From contig OZ245002.1 of assembly GCA_965223415.1 (NCBI GenBank), forward strand, positions 4,544,001 to 4,608,000: a stretch of DNA of 64,000 nucleotides, written 5' to 3'. The notes beneath the pieces were generated by a model, which was not told where the DNA came from, searched no databases, and saw nothing but the letters and a program-made list of their open reading frames with translations. The translations under genes were made by a program, and so were the position numbers. Positions 38,943-46,847 of the stretch are shown here, piece by piece. Positions within the stretch are counted from its first letter, which is position 1; each line of letters starts with the position of its first letter. Source of the DNA: Myxococcota bacterium. Its GTDB lineage: Bacteria; Myxococcota_A; UBA9160; UBA6930.

Positions 38943-40667
38943 ATGAACGCAACCATCGACCTGGCGGGTCGGGCAGTGATGCTGCCCCGGATCGAGTTCG
39001 ATCGGCTCGTTCCCCTGTTTCCCCGCAGGCCCACGGTCCGCATCCTCGTCGTCGCGGACACGTCGGTGAGCTTCACCAACGACTTCGGCGTCGGCCGGGT
39101 CGTCGATCTCGTGCGCGCGAACGCCGACGGCTACGTCCGCTTCGAGGTGGACCTGGCGCGGCTGGGCGAAGACGGCTCCGCCCTCTCGGTGAACCCGAGC
39201 CCGACCGGCCACCAGGAGAAGTATCTGAACTTCCGCTTCGCGAGCCGTCACGGGGGCAACCTCGTGATCGACGACTACGACCAGCTGTGGTGCTTCGGCT
39301 TCGCGCCGGGTAACGATGGCTCGACGAGCGACGACAACGTGTGGGCCAGTCCCTATCGCTCGACGCCGGAGGACCTCGCCGCGCTCACCACCTGGATGAA
39401 CGCCGGGGGCGGCGTCCTCGCCATGGGCGATCACCACTACCTCGGCGCCGCCATGTGCGCCGAGATCCCCCGCGTCCGCTCGATGCGCCGCTGGACGAAC
39501 GCCCAGAACGTGCCGCCGATCGGCGGCACGGACCGGCACGACACGAACCGGCCGATGAACCCGGCCCAGGACGCAGCGCAGACGCCCGACCCTGTCGTGA
39601 TCCCTTCCTTCCCGGCCCAGGAAGACGGCGTGCCCCAGCCCGTCGATTGGAAGGGCTACGAAACCGGCTGGCCGGTGTTCCCGAACCGCAGCCGCCGGCC
39701 CCATCCGGTCCTGTGCGGGGGCTCTCTCGGCGTGATCGACGTGCTGCCGGACCATCCCCACGAGGGCTGGGTGTTCGAGGAAGACGAGATTGACCTGGCG
39801 GCGACCTACGCGTTCGACGGTGTGAGCGGTGACGAGTATCCGACCGTGGCCGGCGGGCAGCCGGCGCCGGAAGTGATCGCCTGGGGCACGACGCTCCCGG
39901 ATCCCCCGTACTGGCATGGCAAGGGCGACAGCCCGGCCAAGCGCTTCGGCCTGATCGGCGCCTACGACGGCGACGCGGCCGACGTCGGGCGGGTGCTCGT
40001 CGACAGCACCTGGCACCACTGGATGGACGTGAACCTGCTGGGCCTCGAGGCGGAAGCCCCGGACACGGAGTTCCGCAAGATCGTCCGCTACTTCCGCAAC
40101 TGCGCCGTGTGGCTGGCCCGCGCCGAGCAGCGGCAGCAGATGCTGGTCTACTCGGTCTTCTGGTCCACGGTGCTCGCCTCGACCTTCGAGGACATGAACC
40201 GCCGCCACTCGATCTGGGAGCTCGGCGGCTTCTCCATCGACGTGATCGGGCGGCACACCAGCGACTGCCTGGTGCGCGACTGGCTGCGCCCCTGGCTCGA
40301 CCCCGAGCTGGTCCGCTGGCTCGAGCACCCCCCGGTGCCCGTGCCCGACCCGGAGCCGCCGTTCCCGGTGCCGCCGGATCCGTGCTGGTCGTGTCCGCCC
40401 TTCGAGCTGCTCGAGCGGGCGGTGGTCGGCGGCATCGTGAAGGAGCTGCTGCCGGTGCGCGACCGGATCCAAGCCGCCGGTCCGGCGGCGGACCAGGAGC
40501 TCGAGCTCTCGCCGGACGAGTACCTGCACCTGGCCGAGCGCGGCGCCAATCGCGGTCTCGAGGCGTTCCAGAGCGCGGTCGCGGACAACCTCCGCACCCT
40601 CGAGAGGTTCCGGAAGATGGACGGAAAGGTGTGCCGGCTGCGGCGGACGCCCGAGCGAAACCTCTAG
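38943..40667 (+). CDS. uncharacterised protein, possibly class-I amidotransferase/ThuA-like fold with His motifs
   Basis: RILVV, DDYDQLW, WMNAGGGVLAMGDH, LPDHPHEG, GRVLVDSTWHHW, NCAVWL; GGAG RBS. Fold is inference. Confidence 0.6.
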   Translation: MNATIDLAGRAVMLPRIEFDRLVPLFPRRPTVRILVVADTSVSFTNDFGVGRVVDLVRANADGYVRFEVDLARLGEDGSALSVNPSPTGHQEKYLNFRFASRHGGNLVIDDYDQLWCFGFAPGNDGSTSDDNVWASPYRSTPEDLAALTTWMNAGGGVLAMGDHHYLGAAMCAEIPRVRSMRRWTNAQNVPPIGGTDRHDTNRPMNPAQDAAQTPDPVVIPSFPAQEDGVPQPVDWKGYETGWPVFPNRSRRPHPVLCGGSLGVIDVLPDHPHEGWVFEEDEIDLAATYAFDGVSGDEYPTVAGGQPAPEVIAWGTTLPDPPYWHGKGDSPAKRFGLIGAYDGDAADVGRVLVDSTWHHWMDVNLLGLEAEAPDTEFRKIVRYFRNCAVWLARAEQRQQMLVYSVFWSTVLASTFEDMNRRHSIWELGGFSIDVIGRHTSDCLVRDWLRPWLDPELVRWLEHPPVPVPDPEPPFPVPPDPCWSCPPFELLERAVVGGIVKELLPVRDRIQAAGPAADQELELSPDEYLHLAERGANRGLEAFQSAVADNLRTLERFRKMDGKVCRLRRTPERNL

Positions 40668-40715
40668 AACCCGGGTCGGGACCGGGCGTATGGTGTGAGG
40701 CAGGGAGCCCCACCC

Positions 40716-41933
40716 ATGTCCGATCCCGCCCAGACCCACGAGCCCCGCCTGGACGCACCGGCCCTCGATCCGGGCCGCCACGCCGAGATCCACCCCCGCC
40801 CGGGCCTCGCCCTGCTGGTGGCGACCCGCAAGGGCGCCTGGATCCTGCGCCCCGACGGAGAGCGGCGGCGCTGGGAGACCGACGGCCCCCTTTTTCTCGG
40901 CAACATCGTCCATCACTTCCGCCTCGACCCGCGGGACGGCCGCACGCTCCTGATCGCGGCGCGGTCGGGCCACCTCGGGCCCACCGTGTTCCGCTCCCTC
41001 GACGGCGGGAAGAGCTGGGAGGAGTCGGTGCGGCCGCCCATGTTCGCCGGGCCGTCGCCGGCCGGCCGGGAGCGCGCCGTCGAGCAGGTGTTCTGGCTCG
41101 AGCCGGGGCACGCCCGCGAGCCCGAGGTCTGGTACGCGGGGACCGCGCCGGAGGGGCTCTTCCGCAGCGAGGACGCGGGGGTCACCTGGGCCCCGGTCGA
41201 CGGCTGGAATGACCATGCGAGCTGGGACCTGTGGGCCGAGCCCGACGATCTCGAGCAATCGACGCCGGACGGCTCGCCCCTCCACTCCATCAACATCGAC
41301 CCGCGCGACCCGACCCACCTGTACCTGGCCGTCTCGAGCGGCGGTGTGTTCGAGAGCGTCGATCAGGGCAAGGACTGGCGGCCGCTGAACGGCAACGTCG
41401 AGGCGAACTTCCATCCGGATCCGTACCCGGAGGTCGGGCAGGACACGCACCACCTCGCCCAGCATCCCCAGGCGCCGGACGTCCTCTACCAGCAGAACCA
41501 CTGCGGGATCTACCGGATCGAGCGGCCCGCTACCGCGTGGACGCGGATCGGCGACAACATGCCGCGGGAGATCGGCGACATCGGCTTCCCGATCTCGCTC
41601 CACCCGCGCGATCCGGACACGGCCTGGGTGTTCCCGATGGACGGCACCGACGTCTGGCCCCGCACGAGCCCGGACGGCCGACCTGCCGTCTACCGGACCC
41701 GCGACGGCGGCGAGAGCTGGGAGCGCCAGGACCGGGGGCTTCCACCCGAGCAGGCCTGGCTCACCGTGAAGCGCCAGGCCATGGCGGTGGACCAGCGGGC
41801 CCCCGTCGGCGTGTACTTCGGCACCACCAACGGCGACGTCTGGGCCAGCGCCGACGAGGGCGCGAGCTGGCAGTGCATCGCTCCTCACCTGCCCCACGTC
41901 TACGCGGTGGAGGCGGTGGAGTTCGCCCCGTGA
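40716..41933 (+). CDS. BNR/Asp-box beta-propeller protein (sialidase-like), no signal peptide
   Basis: Repeated S.D.G.(S/T)W boxes: SLDGGKSW, SEDAGVTW, SVDQGKDW, TRDGGESW, SADEGASW; QQNHCG motif. Confidence 0.88.
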   Translation: MSDPAQTHEPRLDAPALDPGRHAEIHPRPGLALLVATRKGAWILRPDGERRRWETDGPLFLGNIVHHFRLDPRDGRTLLIAARSGHLGPTVFRSLDGGKSWEESVRPPMFAGPSPAGRERAVEQVFWLEPGHAREPEVWYAGTAPEGLFRSEDAGVTWAPVDGWNDHASWDLWAEPDDLEQSTPDGSPLHSINIDPRDPTHLYLAVSSGGVFESVDQGKDWRPLNGNVEANFHPDPYPEVGQDTHHLAQHPQAPDVLYQQNHCGIYRIERPATAWTRIGDNMPREIGDIGFPISLHPRDPDTAWVFPMDGTDVWPRTSPDGRPAVYRTRDGGESWERQDRGLPPEQAWLTVKRQAMAVDQRAPVGVYFGTTNGDVWASADEGASWQCIAPHLPHVYAVEAVEFAP

Positions 41934-42187
41934 AGGTGGCGATCCCCCAGCCGCTGCGGGGCTACACCGGCGCCGACGAGGTCGAAGCCGTCGGCGAATC
42001 GGTGGACGAGCTGCTCCGCGACCTCGACCGGCGCTTCCCGGGCATCCGCTTCCGCATGGTCGACGAGCTGGATCGGCTTCGGCCCCATGTGCGGGTCTTC
42101 CTGAATCGGGAGCGGGTGCGCGACCTCTCCGAGCCGGTGGCGGAGGACGATGAAGTGCAGATCCTCCAGGCCCTCAGCGGGGGGTAA
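41930..42187 (+). CDS. MoaD/ThiS-family ubiquitin-like protein ending in Gly-Gly
   Basis: MKVAIPQPLR...RFPG...HVRVFLN...DEVQILQALSGG*; GTGA overlap with propeller gene. Hidden in the tail of track ORF 41231..42187. Confidence 0.92.
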   Translation: MKVAIPQPLRGYTGADEVEAVGESVDELLRDLDRRFPGIRFRMVDELDRLRPHVRVFLNRERVRDLSEPVAEDDEVQILQALSGG

Positions 42188-42220
42188 AGGCCAGCGGCCC
42201 GGTGCGCCGATAGGCCGACC

Positions 42221-42793
42221 ATGGAGCCCTCGATCAAGGGATTCGCCATGGGGCCGGCCATCGCTCGCTTGCGGGACCTGCGGGCCGAGGGCCGGGTGTC
42301 CGATCTCGCGTGGAGCCGTCTCGAGGCGGAGGACGTCAGGCTCGTCGAGCAGGGCGCGGCGCTCACCATCTGGTATCCGGTCGCCAGCCAGGGCCGTCTC
42401 CTCGATGCGCTGCGCACGGCCCTCGGCGGCACCGACGCCGGGTTGCGGGAGTTCGCACGGGAGACCGCGCGCGAGGTCTTGGCGGCACCGGCCCTGACGG
42501 TCCTCCTGGAGGGGACGTCGTTCCTGGGCGTGAAGCTCGGGCCCACCCTGGTCCGCATGGCCCGCTTCGGCTTCAGCTTCGGGACCTGGCGCTTCGAGGG
42601 CGAGGACCTGACCGCCTTCCGGGTCGTCGCCGACGGGATGGAGCCGATGCCGGAAGGCGTCTGTCTGAACATCCAGGGCTTCATCGAGCACCTGGCGGGC
42701 CACGTCACCGGCGAGGACGTGCGCTGCACCTGGACGCGCCCGTCCGCGTCGCGGCTGATCTTCGACGGCCAGCAGCGCGTCACGCCCGGCTGA
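42221..42793 (+). CDS. hypothetical protein, possibly HNOB/V4R-like ligand-binding fold
   Basis: 190 aa; N-terminal IKG and WYP motifs recall myxobacterial DUF2378/HNOB-like proteins (weak inference). Confidence 0.45.
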   Translation: MEPSIKGFAMGPAIARLRDLRAEGRVSDLAWSRLEAEDVRLVEQGAALTIWYPVASQGRLLDALRTALGGTDAGLREFARETAREVLAAPALTVLLEGTSFLGVKLGPTLVRMARFGFSFGTWRFEGEDLTAFRVVADGMEPMPEGVCLNIQGFIEHLAGHVTGEDVRCTWTRPSASRLIFDGQQRVTPG

Positions 42794-42877
42794 CCCCGCG
42801 GGGTGGGTGAAATCCCCGAGGGTGTTCCGTAGACTGCCGCCGCCCCACTCACAGGGGCCGAGCTCCCCAGGACGGCC

Positions 42878-43381
42878 GTGAGCGGACGCATCGACGTGAA
42901 CCGGTCGCTGCCTCCGGTGGCAGTGCCCGCCAGAGTATGGAACGAGCTTCGCGGGCACGCCCTGGAGACGATTCCGGAGGAGTGCTGCGGGCTCCTCCTG
43001 GGGAAGCACGCCGGCCGCTACGAACAGGTGGCGCGGTGTCGCAACGAGATGACGCGACTTCACCAGGAGGATCCGATCTCCCATCCCCGAGATGGGCGGG
43101 AGGCGTTCCACATGAACGAGATGGACTACGTGCGCATCCAGGAGCAGGCGGAGAGCGAGAGCCTCCAGGTGACCGGCGTCTACCACTCCCACGTGGGCGC
43201 CGGCGCCTACTTTTCGGAGCTCGATCAGGCCTTCGCCCTCCAGCCCCTGTTCCCGTTCCCCGGGGCGGACCACCTGGTGATCTCGGTGGTGGAGCATCGC
43301 GTGCGCGACATCGCGGTGTTCCGGCGCCTGGACACGTCGGAGGCCTTCGAGGGCCGGGCCCTGGCACCGGAGGCGCCGTGA
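42878..43381 (+). CDS. JAB/MPN+ (Mov34) metallopeptidase
   Basis: PEECCGLL and YHSH...YFSELD (E...HxH-x7-S-x2-D JAMM motif). Confidence 0.92.
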   Translation: MSGRIDVNRSLPPVAVPARVWNELRGHALETIPEECCGLLLGKHAGRYEQVARCRNEMTRLHQEDPISHPRDGREAFHMNEMDYVRIQEQAESESLQVTGVYHSHVGAGAYFSELDQAFALQPLFPFPGADHLVISVVEHRVRDIAVFRRLDTSEAFEGRALAPEAP

Positions 43382-44403
43382 GGCGCCGGGTCGCCGCCAC
43401 CCTCGCGCTCCTCGTCACCGCTTGCGCGGGGCCGGGCTACGACTTCGAGGATCTCCCGGACCGCCCCATCGCGCTCGTCTATCGCAACATGACCGAAGCG
43501 GAGCAGGCCGCCGACGCCTACGACAAGGCGGAGAAGCGGCTGCGCGTCGCGCGCACGGGCGTCCCGATCCGCGGCCGTCCGAACACGCTGGACGTCGACG
43601 ACATCGCCCAGGCGTTCGGGGTGTACGGCACCTCCGAGGATCGCGCCGCCGCCAACCTCGGAAGGGTGGCGCTCCTCCACCCGCGCACCGGAGAGATCGA
43701 GACCGTCGACTGGGCGCCCCGGGGCTCGCGGCCCCTCGACTGGTCGGCGGACCACCAGCGCCTGCTCTTCGTGAAGCTGCGCCGCGGCCTCCCGCACATC
43801 TACGAGCGGGACTTCCGCACCGGAGACGTCCGCCCGATCACCCACGCCCGCCGGCGGCACCTCGACGCCTGCTACTGCGGCGAGGACGGGCTGATCTTCG
43901 CCGCCATCACGACCTCCGGGCGCAGTCAGCTCTTCCTGCGGCGCGCTGGCGGCGGCAAGCCCGTGGCCGTCACCGAGGGGCCCGGCGACTACGCTCCGAG
44001 CTGCACGCCGGACGGCCGCCGCGTGGTCTGGACCGGGCGGGGCGTGGAGGGCGAGTCGATCCGATCCCTCGACCTCGAGGATCCGGAGGCCGAGCCCACG
44101 CTGCTCACCCGCGGCCGGCATCCCGGCGTGACGCCGGACGGAGCGTGGATCCTCTACAGCGCCCTGACCCGCGACGGCTGGAAGGTCTGGCGCATGCGCA
44201 TCGACGGCACCGGGCGCCACCCCCTGGGCCGCGGACCGGAATGGGAGCACCAGCCCAACGTCTCCGGCGACGGCCGGTTTGCCGTCTACGTTTCGACCTT
44301 CGACAAGCACGAGATCGGCTTCAAGCTGTGGGTCCGCCCGCTCGACGGAGATGCCGATCGTCCCCTGCCCATCGACGGCGAAGCCCTTCACCCCGTCTGG
44401 TAG
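43378..44403 (+). CDS. TolB-like (PD40) beta-propeller lipoprotein
   Basis: Lipobox LVTAC after RRR signal; repeats WSADHQRL, PSCTPDGRRV, PGVTPDGAWI, PNVSGDGRFA. Confidence 0.8.
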   Translation: MRRRVAATLALLVTACAGPGYDFEDLPDRPIALVYRNMTEAEQAADAYDKAEKRLRVARTGVPIRGRPNTLDVDDIAQAFGVYGTSEDRAAANLGRVALLHPRTGEIETVDWAPRGSRPLDWSADHQRLLFVKLRRGLPHIYERDFRTGDVRPITHARRRHLDACYCGEDGLIFAAITTSGRSQLFLRRAGGGKPVAVTEGPGDYAPSCTPDGRRVVWTGRGVEGESIRSLDLEDPEAEPTLLTRGRHPGVTPDGAWILYSALTRDGWKVWRMRIDGTGRHPLGRGPEWEHQPNVSGDGRFAVYVSTFDKHEIGFKLWVRPLDGDADRPLPIDGEALHPVW

Positions 44404-44438
44404 GCGAACGCCCCGGACCCCCTCGATCAGGAGCCCGC

Positions 44439-45704
44439 ATGTCCCCTACGCCCCAAGGCGATCTCGTCCCCGTTCACGGCGGCCTCGACGCCCCCGTCGA
44501 CCGCACCGTTCCCCTCTCCCAGCGCAAGGCGTTCCTGGCCGAGGCGGCGGGGCTTCCCGCCGTGCGCGTGAGCCGGGCGGACCTCTCGACCCTCTACCGC
44601 ATCGGCGACGGCGCCCTCTCGCCGCTCGAGGGCCCGATGGACGAGGAGACCTGGAACCGGGTGCTTGACGAGCAGGTGATCCTCCGGGACGGCCGGCGCT
44701 ACGCCTGGACCATTCCCATGGCGCTGCCCGTCACCGACGACGAGGCGGCACCCGTCGCGGGCGCCGGGGCCGTGGCCGTGCGGACGGAGGAGGGTGACGT
44801 CGTCGCCATCGTCGACGGACCGGCTTGCTACGGATGGGACAAGGGCCGCTACGTCAAGCAGGTCTACCGGACGGAGCGCTTCGATCATCCCGGCGGCCGC
44901 ATGGTCGAGAGTGATCCGCGCAGCCAGCTCCTCGGCGGCCGCCTCCGCGTGCTGCCCCAGCCGGTGAACCCCGAGTACGGCGAGTACATGTTCTCGCCGC
45001 GCATGGTGCGCACGCTGATCCGCGACCGGAAGTGGGAGCGGGCCCTGGCCTTCCAGACGCGCAACCCGCTGCATCGCGCCCACGAGTACGCGCTGGTCGC
45101 CGGGGCCGAGCGCCTGACCCGCGAGGGCCACTACACCGGCGTCGTGCTGAACCCGCTCGTCGGCGAGCTGAAGGGCGACGACGTGCCCGCGGCCATGCGC
45201 ATGGCCTGCTACCGGGAGCTCCACGACGAGAGCCTGCTCGGCCAGGGCGACAAGGACGAGGCGCTCTGGGAGGAGTGCGGCTACGACCTGCCGGAAGTCT
45301 TCGAGCTGATCGGGCTCGACATCAAGATGTTCTACGGCGGCCCCAGCGAGGCGATCATGCACGCCATCTACCGCCAGAACTACGGCTTCAGCGATCTCGT
45401 CATCGGCCGCAAGCACGCCGACGCGCCCTACGAGGACGGCGAGCCCATCTGGGGCGACTTCGACGCCCAGGAGATCTTCGACGACTTGCCCGGGGAGCTG
45501 CACCTGCAGCCCTGCAAGATCGGCTTCGCCGCGTTCTACGAGTCCCTTGGCCGCGTCGACCTGATGGAGCGCCACCCGGACGAGAAGCCCTACGGCATCT
45601 CCGGCACCAAGGTGCGCGAGCTGCTGAAGAGCGGCGAGCACCCGGACCCGCGCATTCTCCGGCCCGAGATCGCCGACATCCTGATCGAGGCGTACAAGTC
45701 CTGA
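44439..45704 (+). CDS. sat: sulfate adenylyltransferase (ATP sulfurylase)
   Basis: PVHGG, GALSPLEG, WTIPM.L, HPG, AFQTRNPLHRAHEY, GPSEA..HA..RQNYG, ISGT.VR; AGGAG RBS. Confidence 0.92.
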   Translation: MSPTPQGDLVPVHGGLDAPVDRTVPLSQRKAFLAEAAGLPAVRVSRADLSTLYRIGDGALSPLEGPMDEETWNRVLDEQVILRDGRRYAWTIPMALPVTDDEAAPVAGAGAVAVRTEEGDVVAIVDGPACYGWDKGRYVKQVYRTERFDHPGGRMVESDPRSQLLGGRLRVLPQPVNPEYGEYMFSPRMVRTLIRDRKWERALAFQTRNPLHRAHEYALVAGAERLTREGHYTGVVLNPLVGELKGDDVPAAMRMACYRELHDESLLGQGDKDEALWEECGYDLPEVFELIGLDIKMFYGGPSEAIMHAIYRQNYGFSDLVIGRKHADAPYEDGEPIWGDFDAQEIFDDLPGELHLQPCKIGFAAFYESLGRVDLMERHPDEKPYGISGTKVRELLKSGEHPDPRILRPEIADILIEAYKS

Positions 45705-45722
45705 TCCATTAGGCTCTGCGGC

Positions 45723-46847
45723 ATGAAGATCGGCGTGCCGCGCGAGACGAAGGACCAGGAGTTCCGGGTCGGCATGACCCCGGACGGCGCCCGCATGCTC
45801 GTGGCCCGGGGGCACGAGGTGCTCGTACAGACCGGAGCCGGCCAGGGGAGCGGCTTCACCGACGAGGAGTACAGCGTCGCCGGCGCGCGTCTCGTGCCGG
45901 TCGACGAGGCCTGGACCGCGCCGGACCTGGTCGTGAAGGTGAAGGAGCCGAACCCGAAGGAGATCGCCTGGCTTCGGGAGGGCCAGATCCTCTTCACCTA
46001 CCTCCACCTGGCGGCGGCGCCGGAAACCACCGCGGCGCTGCGCGAGGCCCAGGTGATCGGCATCGCCTACGAGACGATCCGCAACCCGGACGGCTCCTTC
46101 CCGGTGCTGGCGCCGATGAGCGAGGTGGCCGGGCGCCTGGCGGCCCAGATCGGGGTCACGCTCCTCCAGAAGAACCGCGGCGGGAAGGGCCTGCTGGTGG
46201 GCGGAGTGCCCGGGGTTCCACGTGGCAACGTCACGGTGATCGGCGGGGGCATCGTCGGCATCAACTCCGTGCGCATCGCCCACGCGCTCGGCGCCGACGT
46301 CACCGTGCTCGACGTCGACCTGCCGCGCCTGGCCTACGTCTACGACATCTTCCGCGGCGAGCTGAACACGCTCTTCTCCAACCCGGTGAACATCGAGCGG
46401 GCCGTTGCCGAGAGCGACCTCGTGGTCGGTGCCGTCTACGTCCATGGGCGGCGGGCGCCGACCCTCGTGACCGAGGCGATGGTGGCGAGCATGGAGGCGG
46501 GTTCGGTCGTGGTGGACGTCGCCGTCGATCAGGGCGGCTGCATCGAGACGATCCACCCCACGACCCACTCGGAGCCCACCTACGTCGTGCACGACGTCAT
46601 CCACTACGGCGTCGCGAACATGCCCGGCGCCGTGCCGCGCACCTCCACCTTCGCGCTCACGAACACGACCCTGCCCTACGTCGAGCACATCGCCGAGGTC
46701 GGCGTGGAGAAGGCGATCCTCTCGGACCACGCCCTCGAACAGGGAGCGAACCTGTGGCGGGGCGAGGTGGTGTGCGAGGGGGTAGCCGAGTCGCTGGGCC
46801 TGCCTTTTCGGCCGCTCGAGGCGCTGCTGACTCGCGAGGTGGGCTAG
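45723..46847 (+). CDS. ald: alanine dehydrogenase
   Basis: MKIGVPRE.K..E.RV, KVKEP, FTYLHLA, LAPMSEVAGR, DVAVDQGGC, VANMPGAVP.TST. Confidence 0.96.
   Translation: MKIGVPRETKDQEFRVGMTPDGARMLVARGHEVLVQTGAGQGSGFTDEEYSVAGARLVPVDEAWTAPDLVVKVKEPNPKEIAWLREGQILFTYLHLAAAPETTAALREAQVIGIAYETIRNPDGSFPVLAPMSEVAGRLAAQIGVTLLQKNRGGKGLLVGGVPGVPRGNVTVIGGGIVGINSVRIAHALGADVTVLDVDLPRLAYVYDIFRGELNTLFSNPVNIERAVAESDLVVGAVYVHGRRAPTLVTEAMVASMEAGSVVVDVAVDQGGCIETIHPTTHSEPTYVVHDVIHYGVANMPGAVPRTSTFALTNTTLPYVEHIAEVGVEKAILSDHALEQGANLWRGEVVCEGVAESLGLPFRPLEALLTREVG

Noticed and set aside
38235..41897. 2233-aa giant ORF (35196..41897, minus)
   Set aside because: Only the part up to about 38234 has helicase/nuclease motifs; the rest is the antisense shadow of real plus-strand genes in high-GC DNA.
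40716..43381. Known antiphage ubiquitin-like system (CBASS Cap2/Cap3 or Bil type)
   Set aside because: No E1, E2 or CD-NTase genes are visible; the Ubl is MoaD/ThiS-like and the context points to sulfur metabolism.
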